The notes under the pieces are model-generated. The model made no database searches. It was not told the origin of the DNA and worked only from the letters and a program-made list of their open reading frames with translations. From positions 1 to 64,000 of the forward strand of contig CBDBCR010000004.1 in NCBI GenBank assembly GCA_965203465.1: DNA of 64,000 nt, written 5' to 3'. Source of the stretch: Nitrosopumilaceae archaeon (GTDB lineage Archaea > Thermoproteota > Nitrososphaeria > Nitrososphaerales > Nitrosopumilaceae). The position numbers and the translations under genes are program-made. Shown one piece after another: positions 29,840 to 40,173 of this stretch; position 1 is the first letter of the stretch; the number at the start of each line of letters is the position of its first letter.

Positions 29840-30889
29840 TCATTCGTCTCCGTCTGCCTTTTTCTTATTTTTCTTTGACATCTTTTCTTTTATCGCCTTT
29901 TCTGCCTTTTTCTTCTCAAACCCTGCGCTTCTGTCTTTGCCCACGCCAAAGCCTTCCGCTGCCTTTTGCGCCCATTTTAGAACCTCGTCATGATCGAAGC
30001 TCACATCCTCGCGCTTCCCGTCAGGATACACAAGATTCCACTCTGGATCCCCTTTCTCTGGATCGCGTACGAGAAGGCACCCTTGTCTTAGATCCCATTC
30101 GCGTATAGAGGATGCCGCCACCATGGCTAGGCCCAAAACGTACCTCTGTAGGGCCTCTTGCTCGTTGTCGGATCTGATCTTCCTCAGAGCCGCAAAGTTC
30201 ACCACGACATCTCTTCGTATGGGGCCGCGGGCTATGATGCCTCCGTGCGTGCCGACTGCCGGAGCTTCGTTAAAGCCGATCTCCGACCTGGCGTCTTTTT
30301 CCTTTTTGTCTTTTGCCTCGTTTAGCAGATCCTCGTCGGTGTATTTTATCGGCGGAAAGTATTGTGCGGATCTGCTCAGCTCGTCCACATCGTACGCCCG
30401 TATTGTGGACGAGACTATGCGGGGAACCTTTACTTGCGTGTTCCTGGAATCCCACAGTCCAAACACCAGCGATGTGGGGGCTATCTTGGCAACGGCCGAC
30501 GCGTTTCCTGCTTTTAGAGATTTCAGGGCTTCCGTAAGATCCTCGCTGATCGTAGAATGCCTGAGCAGGGCGTCCGCTGCCCTGTGGCCCACCTCGCACA
30601 AGTTCACCGCGTAGTCTGCCGCACTTATCACTACTTGGGGGACAAGCTTGCTGTACGGTTCTTTCATAAAAACGGGCTCCATCCTGTTCGCCTGCGAGCC
30701 TACGCTGTCTACCAAACAAGTCTGCGTCCCGTCTTTCATGGCGTCTATGCAATATGGGCTGTTGGAATCTTTCCCGCCAGCGAATGTGGGGGGAAAGAAC
30801 GGCGAATCCTTGCCTTCTACTGGAATCAAGTACTCCCTCAAGACTAGCGCAGAAGCGTCTCCGCTTATCCACTTGTCCGGCTCTAGCAT
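29840..30889 (-). CDS. cas7: Type I-G Cas7 (Csb1/GSU0053 family), module A
   Basis: FFPPTFAG, LVDSVGSQANRME, GHRAADA, PTSLVFGLWDSR, LRQGCLL. Confidence 0.92.
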   Translation of the reverse strand: MLEPDKWISGDASALVLREYLIPVEGKDSPFFPPTFAGGKDSNSPYCIDAMKDGTQTCLVDSVGSQANRMEPVFMKEPYSKLVPQVVISAADYAVNLCEVGHRAADALLRHSTISEDLTEALKSLKAGNASAVAKIAPTSLVFGLWDSRNTQVKVPRIVSSTIRAYDVDELSRSAQYFPPIKYTDEDLLNEAKDKKEKDARSEIGFNEAPAVGTHGGIIARGPIRRDVVVNFAALRKIRSDNEQEALQRYVLGLAMVAASSIREWDLRQGCLLVRDPEKGDPEWNLVYPDGKREDVSFDHDEVLKWAQKAAEGFGVGKDRSAGFEKKKAEKAIKEKMSKKNKKKADGDE

Positions 30890-31626
30890 GGCGTGTCTGC
30901 CTCGGACGCTTCTATAAATGTCTTTTTTTGACCGCTCTTTCTAGTACGGGCCCTGAAGTGGCGCGTGCCTGGAAACTCCAGAGCGCCTGCCGCTGCGGCC
31001 TTGGCTACGATGTTTGGCAGCGGCACCGCCCACGCATTGTAGCAATACTCTTCCCGTGATCTTCTGCTGTTGTGCCAGCCGTATGCCTGTACCCCCAAGT
31101 ACGCGAAAAACTCCACCACCGGAAACGATCTCCGCTTCATCTTCTGCTCGTTTAGAGAAAACCCCACATCCAGAGTGTTCCACGAGGTGTGTGTATCAAA
31201 CCCCGACGGCACATCGATCACGCTGCTGCCCCACAACTCTTTTGCGTCGCTCGTTTCGTGCACCTTCATGTGTTCTATCCACCTGCCTACCACGTCGTGG
31301 GATTTTTCCTGTCCTGCAAACAGCTTTATTTCCGGCCTGTTGTCAAAATGTTCCCAGAAATCTAGACGCGTGTTTATTTTTCCTCCAAGGTGAATGGGAG
31401 ATGCGCTTTCATCGCCGGCCGGTATGTCGATGCGGGACGCCTCGTTGACTATTGCCTGTATGGGATCTTTTTGTTCTGTTTCCAACACGAATTCGCCTCC
31501 GTCAAAACTCCCGCGAACTGCGCCAAGAACGCGATCTACAGCGTGCAGTATGCCACAGCACGCAAAGAAATGACCGGGATTGAGCAAGTCTACCGGCAAT
31601 CTGGTCTCGATCGCATTCCCGTTCAT
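30883..31626 (-). CDS. cas8: Type I-G small Cas8 (Csb3/GSU0052-like), module A
   Basis: PVDLLNPGHFFACCG, KLFAGQ, LDVGFS, VEFFAYLG. ATG overlaps the cas3 stop (ATGA). Confidence 0.8.
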   Translation of the reverse strand: MNGNAIETRLPVDLLNPGHFFACCGILHAVDRVLGAVRGSFDGGEFVLETEQKDPIQAIVNEASRIDIPAGDESASPIHLGGKINTRLDFWEHFDNRPEIKLFAGQEKSHDVVGRWIEHMKVHETSDAKELWGSSVIDVPSGFDTHTSWNTLDVGFSLNEQKMKRRSFPVVEFFAYLGVQAYGWHNSRRSREEYCYNAWAVPLPNIVAKAAAAGALEFPGTRHFRARTRKSGQKKTFIEASEADTPC

Positions 31627-34136
31627 CGTGACTTCCCCACATTGTTTGACGCACTCCAGTCGGCGCCTCTCAAAAGTCCCTCCAACCACGCCAGCCCGAA
31701 CGCGCCGAATCTTTTTTGCAAGTTTGCGTATCGCTCGGCCACGCGGGTTAGTATCTGATCGTCACCGTCCAAGTTCATGGCTTTGTTGTCCCTTGCCTCT
31801 GGTCTGAAGCACGGCCTTGCCCATCCGTGGTGGGAGGCCACCAGGTGGAGGACCAGATCAGCTTCATCGCCAAGTTCGTCGCGGGGCATTTTCTCAAGCA
31901 TGTGCGTGGAGCACAGTTCATGCCGAAACCTGCCCATGTTGAGTGGACTCTTCCGGCTAGCGGTTTTTGCAAGGGGCATTTTGTCGGGTTCTACATGCAT
32001 CCACGCTTGCCACTTCTCGTTTTCTTTTCCTTTGTCGTGGTACCCCGCCGCTGTTATTATGGCATTTTTCACGGCCTCTGGCATATTTGAGTACGGCTTT
32101 ACCATGTCTGCAGCTTTTTCTTTCACGTCTTTTAGATGATCGTCCAGATTCTGTTCTACCAACGTGCGCGACTGCTGTCCAATCCTCCTTGCATAGTATC
32201 GGATCTTTGTATCTGGAGAGTCCTCGTCTGGCTTTGTGATGTCGATCTCGTACACTAGCTTCATTTTAGAGCTGTCGAGCCATTTGCCGATCTCACGCAC
32301 TTTCGGCAAACCCCCGATCTGTTTTATCGCATCCTGCGCATCGTCCATCTTCTCTACCAAAACTCTGCACCGGGAATACCCGCTCAGACCTTCGGTGTCT
32401 TGTCCGTTGCTCGAAATGTCTGCGACATCTCTCACTGGCGAGGTTTCTCCAGGACTCAGGAACCCGCGCTTGTCGAGGCCGCCAAAATCCGTGGGCAACA
32501 CAACAGTCGAGAAATACAGATCTTCTTTTTTGACATCTGACGTTGTCTGCTTTTTACACTGCCCGTCGTCTTTTATTACCATTATCTGCCCGCTTCTACT
32601 TTTTAGAAACTTGTACACTTCGTCAGTGTACTCGCGTAGCGTCTCTTTGGGCAGGATCCTGTAGTTGTCGAACACATCACCAGCATCATCATCATTTTTC
32701 AAGTACTTTGCGTCTTCTCTCCAACACACGTACGTGTCTGGTCTGGCCTTGTCTTCGTCCCCACGTAGCCAAAACCTCACATGAGGCCTTGACCGGTATT
32801 CTCTATATATGGAAGTCATGGACCATGAATCCAGCAAGTCTTTTGTCAATGGCTGGGTTTTAGGCTTGGACGCAAACATCCTGTCCATGTCGCCTTCGCC
32901 CAGACCTTCCAACACCTTGCTTAGGGCCTGCGGACTTCCATCGTGCATATTACGTTCAACCAGAAACTTGACCGTCTCTGCCGCAGATCCTTTTTCGTTG
33001 CCGTTATAGATTAGAGTGGCGGTGGCTTTTCGGTCTTTCCCTCCAGTGCGATTGAGGCGCCCAAGCCTCTGTATGAGAGAATCCAGCGTTGTGGCATCGC
33101 ATACCATGTGATCCGCATCAAAGTCTGCGCCCACCTCGCCGGCGGATGTGGCCACCATGTACGATGGCTCTCCGCCGTGTTTGCCTAGGAAAGCCTTGTA
33201 TGCTTTTTTCTCGGACAACCTGTCTCGTTCAAACCCGCGTATAGTGCCGGTCAAAACCACCACCTCGTGTTCTTTCTCTAGGTTTTTTGATATTTTTAGG
33301 GCGTCTTTGGGACTCCTTACGTAGATCATGACTCTTCCAGGTTTTGACTCTGCGTGTCTTGCTATCTCGTCTGCCACGTTGACTTGCGGGGGAATTTTCT
33401 TCAACTCCAGCTTCTTCACCGCCCTATACCTGTCTTCCACTACAGCGTTGTGCATGTCGTCGCTCCCCAACCTTATGATGTTGTTGCCCTTTCTGTGTTG
33501 TGTAGCTGACATGAAGAGTGTTCTTGGTGGGTACAGACGATCGGCGTTTTTCACGTTGGATATGTCCTCCACATCTCTAAGAAGATTTTCCATGGCTGGC
33601 GATAGATGTGTCTCGTCCAGAACTAGGAGCGAATCCTGTCCCAAGAGTCCGGCGTAAAAAGATCTGACCTTTCTTCCTACTCCGTACCCAGAGAACAAGA
33701 GGCGGCTTCCTATCATGTCTATGGTGCCTATTATTATGGCCGGCATGTGTGGCTCTTCCAGCCACTTTCTGTTGTCTTCCAGGCCTCCGCCTCCTCGGAG
33801 TTTGCTTATGTTCAGGCTCCCGATCTTGGATCTGTAGTTGTTGTCTGCTTCTATTTTTTTGCGCAGTTTGTCTGCTTCATCGGAAGCCTGATCAACTATC
33901 ACGCGCCTATCCACAATATAGACAAGTCTTGTAGGCACGTGATCATGTCCGCGAATTCTTGTATGTGTTAAGGCAAGCATCCATATGTGCATGATCGATG
34001 TTTTGCCCAGACCTGTGGGAATGTCCATCGTATCGGGAATGTCGCCTTTTACGAGCATGTCGAACATCCTTTGTTGCCATGGGTATGGCGCATGCCCGGT
34101 TATGGCCTCGAAATCCTCGGCAAAGCCCATCACCAA
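31623..34136 (-). CDS. cas3: Type I-G Cas3 (helicase with C-terminal HD nuclease), module A
   Basis: PYPWQ, IPTGLGKT, DETH, QRLGRLNR; C-terminal LDDH...YHDKGK...RHE...SHHG...AD. Confidence 0.95.
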   Translation of the reverse strand: MVMGFAEDFEAITGHAPYPWQQRMFDMLVKGDIPDTMDIPTGLGKTSIMHIWMLALTHTRIRGHDHVPTRLVYIVDRRVIVDQASDEADKLRKKIEADNNYRSKIGSLNISKLRGGGGLEDNRKWLEEPHMPAIIIGTIDMIGSRLLFSGYGVGRKVRSFYAGLLGQDSLLVLDETHLSPAMENLLRDVEDISNVKNADRLYPPRTLFMSATQHRKGNNIIRLGSDDMHNAVVEDRYRAVKKLELKKIPPQVNVADEIARHAESKPGRVMIYVRSPKDALKISKNLEKEHEVVVLTGTIRGFERDRLSEKKAYKAFLGKHGGEPSYMVATSAGEVGADFDADHMVCDATTLDSLIQRLGRLNRTGGKDRKATATLIYNGNEKGSAAETVKFLVERNMHDGSPQALSKVLEGLGEGDMDRMFASKPKTQPLTKDLLDSWSMTSIYREYRSRPHVRFWLRGDEDKARPDTYVCWREDAKYLKNDDDAGDVFDNYRILPKETLREYTDEVYKFLKSRSGQIMVIKDDGQCKKQTTSDVKKEDLYFSTVVLPTDFGGLDKRGFLSPGETSPVRDVADISSNGQDTEGLSGYSRCRVLVEKMDDAQDAIKQIGGLPKVREIGKWLDSSKMKLVYEIDITKPDEDSPDTKIRYYARRIGQQSRTLVEQNLDDHLKDVKEKAADMVKPYSNMPEAVKNAIITAAGYHDKGKENEKWQAWMHVEPDKMPLAKTASRKSPLNMGRFRHELCSTHMLEKMPRDELGDEADLVLHLVASHHGWARPCFRPEARDNKAMNLDGDDQILTRVAERYANLQKRFGAFGLAWLEGLLRGADWSASNNVGKSR

Positions 34137-34216
34137 TCTGATTCTGGCCCATTTATTATATTTTTACTGGGATTGGGCGCTTTGCTGATGCGAACTATGG
34201 GGTCGTGCTTTCCTAT

Positions 34217-34296
34217 TAGAGTCTATGCGTAAACGCGCCGGTTGGGGTTTTCTAGGCACGGATCTGCGAGATTCGGGAGATTACGCATAACCTCTA
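34217..34296. mobile_element. 80-bp MITE-like element, copy 2
   Basis: TAGAGTCTATGCGTAA...TTACGCATAACCTCTA; TA at both ends; same orientation as copy 1. Confidence 0.8.
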
Positions 34297-34323
34297 TTAA
34301 ACGACACAGATCGTTTGGCACGC

Positions 34324-34574
34324 CATACACCGGAGTCGCAACTTAATAGTTGCGGAAGGAGGCACGACCTCCGGAAAAAAGCCCTGGGCTAGGGCGCTTC
34401 AATGGGGCCGCAACCTGATAGTTGCGGAATGGTGCACTCGGCCAATCACGTGGCCAAGGAACTTCAGCAGCTTCAATGGGGCCGCAACTTGATAGTTGCG
34501 GACGCCGCCCGGCACTGTGCCAATTCCGGCACCGAGCGGCTTCAATGGGGCCGTAGCATAACAGCTGCGGAAGA
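34324..34574 (-). CRISPR. Degenerate mini-array: 4 repeats, 3 spacers
   Basis: Repeat variants start at 34324 (left part decayed), 34396, 34470 and 34539 (stem variant GCCGTAGCATAACAGCTGCGG). Same family as the main array. Confidence 0.9.
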
Positions 34575-34818
34575 AGCGTGCCAACGATGTCAATTCAGTG
34601 TCCGTTATCGGCTTGTAAGTGTTCACGTCATCCAGACCCGTTTGCCAGTACTTTGGCATCTCTGCTATATATTCTGACTCAGGTTCCACCTGGTATGCAC
34701 TCACCCCCTCCAGCTCGATCGTGCCTAGCGATTAGATCTCGTGTGTGAGCCCGTGCCTAGCAGAACGAGATTCGTGGGGGGAGCTGAGTGCATACTTCCA
34801 CCTGTCGTGACGCGCGTG

Positions 34819-34850
34819 AAAAAAACACACTCTTGGTCAAGAGAGTGTGT
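34819..34850 (-). terminator. Hairpin plus oligo-T terminator downstream of cas module B
   Basis: ACACACTCT-loop-AGAGTGTGT stem adjoining an A7 run (T7 on the minus strand), about 40 bp after the stop at 34891. Confidence 0.6.
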
Positions 34851-34890
34851 GAAAACCTGACGCAGGCCGACGTGTAAGTTTTCTGCGTCG

Positions 34891-35886
34891 TTATCGGACG
34901 CCGAGCCCGTGCCCCGCAGGCGTTCCTGCGCCCACCGTGCGAAATTTTCCGTCGCTAAATATTCGCGCCACGATCACATCTAGCGCACCGCAGTCGCGCA
35001 TAGATGCGGCAAGTCGTGCTATGTTTTTTGCACGATCATCTGTGTCTGCTACGGGATCATTGCTCGCGCGCTTGTGCCTTTGTGGGGGGTATTGCGCATC
35101 AGCAATCTGCCTGAGCTCTTTCATCCGCAAAAGAACGCGCACTGCGTCCAGCGGCAACGGCTTCTCCCAGATCGGCCAAGCTACCGCCTCTCCGGTCGAT
35201 CCGCATCCCGTGGTGCTGAGCCCCCCGCGTTCCGGCGCCGACGTGAACTCTGATATTCCGAGTGCGATAAGCGGCTCCGCCCCGGTCACGGGCGCTCTGA
35301 ACCCCACGGGGTCGGATGCGCGCAGGGCATGCTTCCGTCGCTCGCGCCAGTCAAGTCTAAATGGCCGCAGGCTCGAGCTGCCTTGCTGCTTTTCTTCCGG
35401 ACGATCCCATGTCTTGAACAGTCCTCTTCGTATGAAGTCTGCCATGCCTTCCTCGCGCATGCCCAAGGCGGCGTCGAAATCCCTGCCAAAGTACTGTTGC
35501 CCTGCCCCGAGTGTAAGGCACAAGGCACCCGGCCTCATCGTGCCGTCTTTGGTAAGGGCGCCGTCCGACAACAGGGACGCCACAACATCGCGGTCTGTTC
35601 TAGACAGAATGCTTGGAAGCTCTGAAGGCTCGATGCCGTTGACGTTCTTTTTTCCGATCTGCATTTTCTTGCCCAGCGAGGAAATGCCGCTGGCCGCGGC
35701 ATCGCACACCGCATCGACGCTCTGATCCCCGCACGTTAGCAGGGACGCCTTGCCTTGCGACCATTTCGACTCGGGCTTCCAACAGGGCACGGACTTTTCA
35801 AGAGCCCTGAGCAACCCGATCAGCGCCAGCACTGCTGCCAGACTGTCCTGCTGTAGGCCGCGGAGCGCGATCTCTTGGCGACTCAC
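34891..35886 (-). CDS. Type I-G Cas8-like protein (small, cas3-adjacent family), module B
   Basis: LRGLQQDSLAAVLALIGLLRAL, GAGQQYF, FRLDWRERRKHALRASDP, AWPIW. Start overlaps the cas3 stop. Confidence 0.7.
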   Translation of the reverse strand: MSRQEIALRGLQQDSLAAVLALIGLLRALEKSVPCWKPESKWSQGKASLLTCGDQSVDAVCDAAASGISSLGKKMQIGKKNVNGIEPSELPSILSRTDRDVVASLLSDGALTKDGTMRPGALCLTLGAGQQYFGRDFDAALGMREEGMADFIRRGLFKTWDRPEEKQQGSSSLRPFRLDWRERRKHALRASDPVGFRAPVTGAEPLIALGISEFTSAPERGGLSTTGCGSTGEAVAWPIWEKPLPLDAVRVLLRMKELRQIADAQYPPQRHKRASNDPVADTDDRAKNIARLAASMRDCGALDVIVARIFSDGKFRTVGAGTPAGHGLGVR

Positions 35887-38762
35887 AGTTCCTCCCTCCC
35901 CGCCGCTCGCGATAGTCCGCGTGCTGCCTTCGACTCGGCACCGAGCCCGCCATTGATCCGTTCCTCTGCCGACCTGCGACCGTCAGCAAGCCGGAGCACG
36001 GCCTCCATATGTGCAAGCTTCCACGGCCCGTGCCTGGCATATACGCGCACGGCAAGACTGCACCACCACGGATCTACGCCTTCTGTCCACATGGCTGGCG
36101 GAAAAACGGGCCTGCCGTACCCGTGGTGCGTGCCAATCAACCACAGGACCAGGTCTTCATCGGCTGCATCCTTTACCTCCTTTTCTTCCCTTGCAGACAG
36201 CACCGAGTGCCATTCGTGCCTGTATCCGTTGGGCATGCGAGCCAGGCGCCTGCACTCGCGCATCTCCTGCCGGTCCGTAGGGCCGGCGCTCTTTGCAATG
36301 ATGTCCATCCCTTCGACTCTTTCCTGAGTCGTGCCGTGCAGCACCGCCTGCATGATCTTCTCCCGCTTACCTATGTCGTGGAACTTCGCCGCGATCCGTA
36401 CTGCCGCAGCGTCGTCCTCGGACAGCCCGGACTTTCTGGCAAATTCCTCGGCCGTCTTCATGACCCCCGCCAGATGCTCGTCGAGCGTGACCGTTCCAGT
36501 CCGGTCAATCCTTCCGTCCCAGCCGCGGCTGTAGTCCGCCACCAGGCCTGCCGCGTCCTTCGATATGTATTCCGTGGCGTTGCGGCAAAGATCTGGTTCG
36601 AGCGCCGTTTTGAACGCTACCCCGTACACTGTCCCGTCGCGCATCCTGACGACGTCGGTCTTGCCCCCGCGCCCTGCAACCTGGCGCCACGCATCGGGCA
36701 GGCCCCCTATCCCGGCAACCACCCTTCCGACCTTTGCATTCCTGCTCTCGTCCGCGACAGCGCCTCTCAGATCGTTCCACGCAGCGTCGCTTGCGACGTC
36801 CTTGACAGGCCCTCCGTCGATCCAGATGGCCATCTTGCCGCGCTGGACCAGGTGAGCCTGCAGGCTAATGTCCTCTGCGGGGCACGACCCTTCAGCCCCA
36901 GTCCAGCCGTACTCGTCGCAGCCGCCGCGTGACGACGGAACCACGATCGTGTCGCCGGGCCGAATGTCGCCGGCGCCAACCTCTTGGATCCTGCCCCGGT
37001 TGCCCACCCTTACTGCCATTGCGGGCGTGTTCTGGCCTCCGCCTCGTGCGACTCGCTGGCCCTCGATGTCTGCCAGATCGTCGACGGAGGGATCGGACTT
37101 CCGTGCGCCGCTTGCGGCGCCGTCTGTGACATCTCTGCCGTGCAGTCCTTCGAGCCACTTTCGTACGTGCCAGACCGGCATCTCGATCGCTTCCAGCGCG
37201 GATGGAGGGATCAGATTCGCGGACATGCCCACTTCGTCTAGATCTTCGCCCTGCCGCCACACCACGCGGACGTCGGCGGGGCTAGTGCTCTTGTCCGGCA
37301 GTCCGTGAAGGAACAAGGCCGCTTCAGGATCCGGCGATCCCGGCGGCCTCGTTTTGTGCCACGCCCAGAGGTACGCGGGAAGCAGGGTGACGGATGCCCT
37401 TTTGGGCGACGACATCTCTTCGATCATGCCGTCAGGCGGCATTTGGAACGATTTTACGCCAAAATCCACCATTTTGCTGTCGCCGGCGGCTTTTACAAGC
37501 CATGACCACGTCGCCTTGGTGGCCGTGCCGTACACGGGATCGTCGGCTTTTTCGCCCACGTCCCGATCGTCGGCCACTATGACGGCGGCAGAATCGTCTT
37601 CGTTGCCGATCCTGTTTAGCCTCCCGAATCTCTGCAGCAGTGAGTCGAGCGGAGCCGCCTGCGTGAGTAGCGCGTCAAACGTAATGTCGGCGCCGGCTTC
37701 TATGCACTGCGTCGACACAGTGACGGATTTCATCCGCGTGTCCGAATCTGGGCGGAGACTCTCAGATATGCGCGCAGTCAGAATGTCCTTGCACAGGGGC
37801 CGGGATCTGCCTGTGAGCAGGCGAGCTTCGTAGCCGAGTCTTTCTGCGTCGGCGCGCACGTTGTTGAACACCTCTCTTGCCGCGCCGACCGTGTTGACTA
37901 CGACGCCTATGCGACGCATGTTCCCCTCGGACATGATCGTCTTGGCGTGTCTTGCAAGCGCGGCAGGCGATCTGCGCCGGCCCGCAACCTCCAGTGTGGC
38001 AGTCTTGGACTTGGACATGCGCTCGCCCATCTCGTCTATCATGGCGGGCTTTTGGTCTGGATTTGGAAACGCCCCGTTTGCCCCGGCGCGCAGCGTCGCG
38101 CTCATCTGCACCACGCGTCCTTGAGTCCCCCACCCCCTCTCGTCCCGCAGGTCTTTAGTCGACTGCAAAAGCCGCATGAATGGCGCGGACAGGTGGGCCT
38201 CGTCGAGTATGTAGAGCGTGTCGGTTCCAAGTAGCCCTGCATGCACCGGCCTCATCTTCCAAGACACGCCGTACCCTCGGAACAGCAGCCTTGAGCCCAC
38301 TTGGTCTATAGTGGACAGCACGATGGTCGGATCGGACGGCGACCCGTTCCACCCAGAGTCCCGAGGCATGCCTCCCCGGAGCCTCTTTACGGTGAGCGGA
38401 TCCCCCGACGACAGGCTTCTCAATGCGTCTCCGGCAGCTCTGGCGGCCCCGCTCCCGCGCCCCCCGTTCAGCGCCTCGGCGATGACCTTGGCGTGACCGT
38501 ACGAATCGTCCACCGACACTCGGCGATCTACCACCATGGCGACCCTGACCGGGGCGGTCCTGTTGGCCGATCTTGCTTGGCATGCCAAGTGCCACACGGC
38601 CACGTCAAGCACGGATGTCTTGCCAGACGCGGTGGGCATCGATATGGCTTCCGGCCACCCGCCGTCCATCACCCTCCTTGCAAGGGCCGACTGCCACTCG
38701 AACGGATCCCTGCCGTGTATGTCGTGGTAGAGTGCCTTGAACGAGATCGTCCCGTGGTCCAC
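35883..38762 (-). CDS. cas3: Type I-G Cas3 (helicase with C-terminal HD nuclease), module B
   Basis: PFEWQ, MPTASGKT, DEAH, QRFGRLNR; LDEH...FHDIGK...RHE...THHG...LAD. GTG start at 38762 inferred. Confidence 0.93.
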   Translation of the reverse strand: MDHGTISFKALYHDIHGRDPFEWQSALARRVMDGGWPEAISMPTASGKTSVLDVAVWHLACQARSANRTAPVRVAMVVDRRVSVDDSYGHAKVIAEALNGGRGSGAARAAGDALRSLSSGDPLTVKRLRGGMPRDSGWNGSPSDPTIVLSTIDQVGSRLLFRGYGVSWKMRPVHAGLLGTDTLYILDEAHLSAPFMRLLQSTKDLRDERGWGTQGRVVQMSATLRAGANGAFPNPDQKPAMIDEMGERMSKSKTATLEVAGRRRSPAALARHAKTIMSEGNMRRIGVVVNTVGAAREVFNNVRADAERLGYEARLLTGRSRPLCKDILTARISESLRPDSDTRMKSVTVSTQCIEAGADITFDALLTQAAPLDSLLQRFGRLNRIGNEDDSAAVIVADDRDVGEKADDPVYGTATKATWSWLVKAAGDSKMVDFGVKSFQMPPDGMIEEMSSPKRASVTLLPAYLWAWHKTRPPGSPDPEAALFLHGLPDKSTSPADVRVVWRQGEDLDEVGMSANLIPPSALEAIEMPVWHVRKWLEGLHGRDVTDGAASGARKSDPSVDDLADIEGQRVARGGGQNTPAMAVRVGNRGRIQEVGAGDIRPGDTIVVPSSRGGCDEYGWTGAEGSCPAEDISLQAHLVQRGKMAIWIDGGPVKDVASDAAWNDLRGAVADESRNAKVGRVVAGIGGLPDAWRQVAGRGGKTDVVRMRDGTVYGVAFKTALEPDLCRNATEYISKDAAGLVADYSRGWDGRIDRTGTVTLDEHLAGVMKTAEEFARKSGLSEDDAAAVRIAAKFHDIGKREKIMQAVLHGTTQERVEGMDIIAKSAGPTDRQEMRECRRLARMPNGYRHEWHSVLSAREEKEVKDAADEDLVLWLIGTHHGYGRPVFPPAMWTEGVDPWWCSLAVRVYARHGPWKLAHMEAVLRLADGRRSAEERINGGLGAESKAARGLSRAAGREEL

Positions 38763-38766
38763 GGCC

Positions 38767-40173
38767 CTACGACTCCTCGGCCATACACAGACCGAGTCCG
38801 CGATACCTGCCTGCCCCGACCATGACGGGCCCCGGCACGGGCACGCCGAACTCGATTCTGGCGTGCCAGAGCCCGCCGCGACCCGCATGCTTGACCCACT
38901 TTGCGGCGTGCAGCACGCCGTAAGACATGCCTGCGCGTGAGACCTCGACCGACACTGGCCTGGGCAGGCCCACCCTTTCAACGCTGTCTGCTATGCCTAT
39001 CTCCTGGCCGACGCCGGCCTTGGCGTACCTGTCGACTGCGATCGGGGTGACCGTAACCCACGCCTTTGACGATCTCGTGTACCTGTCGGTCTGGAGGCTG
39101 AGCCTGTCATCTGCATGTCCGAGCTGTAGGCGCAGACCGCCGGGCAATTCGATCTCAAACCCGGGCTCTGCGACCTTTCCTACAGCCCTGTCTATGACTC
39201 TCTGTTCGGGAGATTCGGCCGACACGTCAGACGGCATTACCACGGAAAGACCCAAGAGCCCGCCGTCGGAGTGACGCCAGCCTACGTCGAGCATTGGGAC
39301 TATGGCCATGTGCGATCGCTGCGACGGGCCGCCGCCGGGGGCGATGCCGGATACGACTTCCGGCACGGGCGACGCGGCCCCGCCAATTATGACCGAGCGC
39401 ACTGCTTTGGCAACCAGCGGAAACGACTCTGGCGCCGGCGCGTCTTCCATTACCGCCAGAACCGACCACGAATTCCATATGGGTGACGGATGCCCCGCGC
39501 CTGCGTCGCCGGCCAGCATTGTGTAGCGAGGCCAGGCATCGGGCGGCCTGGGATGCCACACGACGCCCTCTTTTTCGGCGCGCTCGTACCCCTCAAGCAG
39601 GTCGTCGAGCCTCCCACTGGACGGGCACCGTATTCGTACGTTGCCGCTGTCGTCCGGCACGAACCGCGTGCGGCCATGCGTCTTCCTGCTCGTCCTAACC
39701 GACATCCGCACCAGCGACGACGAATGGCCGAGGCGCGGGACACATGCGGCAAGATCTTCCAGCTCGCGCACAACTTCGGGAGGCGGTTCGGAATCCCACG
39801 ACATGGTGACGGTTTGATCGTCGTCTGGCAGAACGACTGCTGGAAACCACCTTGGTTTTCGCGTGACGATTGGCAAACCCGGCCCCATGTCGCCCATGTA
39901 TCGCCCTTCGTTGCTTTTGTCTTGGACGGGCACATAGAATTCGCGCACGTCCCTCCGGCTGTGCGGCGGGCATGCGACTTCGGGCGGCTTTTGAGACTCC
40001 ATCCATCGTAGCGCGTCTTTGCCACGGCCGCCGGGCCTTGACGACATGGCGTCGACTAGTGCAGAGAAGAGCCTATCTGGGCTCGGGGGCCACTCGGCCG
40101 TTTTGTCGTCGTTTATCTCTGCCGCGTAGCACACTCCCGAAAGGTACTCTACTTCGATCGAGAGCATTGGCAT
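38767..40173 (-). CDS. csb2: Type I-G Csb2 (Cas5-Cas6 fusion), module B
   Basis: EWPPSPDRLFSAL, LGHSSSLV, WVTVTP, GPVMVGAGRYRGLGLC. Confidence 0.9.
   Translation of the reverse strand: MPMLSIEVEYLSGVCYAAEINDDKTAEWPPSPDRLFSALVDAMSSRPGGRGKDALRWMESQKPPEVACPPHSRRDVREFYVPVQDKSNEGRYMGDMGPGLPIVTRKPRWFPAVVLPDDDQTVTMSWDSEPPPEVVRELEDLAACVPRLGHSSSLVRMSVRTSRKTHGRTRFVPDDSGNVRIRCPSSGRLDDLLEGYERAEKEGVVWHPRPPDAWPRYTMLAGDAGAGHPSPIWNSWSVLAVMEDAPAPESFPLVAKAVRSVIIGGAASPVPEVVSGIAPGGGPSQRSHMAIVPMLDVGWRHSDGGLLGLSVVMPSDVSAESPEQRVIDRAVGKVAEPGFEIELPGGLRLQLGHADDRLSLQTDRYTRSSKAWVTVTPIAVDRYAKAGVGQEIGIADSVERVGLPRPVSVEVSRAGMSYGVLHAAKWVKHAGRGGLWHARIEFGVPVPGPVMVGAGRYRGLGLCMAEES

Noticed and set aside
34432-34469. Mini-array spacer partly resembling the SEC-C genes (GCACTCGGCCA..CACGT)
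   Set aside because: The match is short and interrupted, and plausible by chance.
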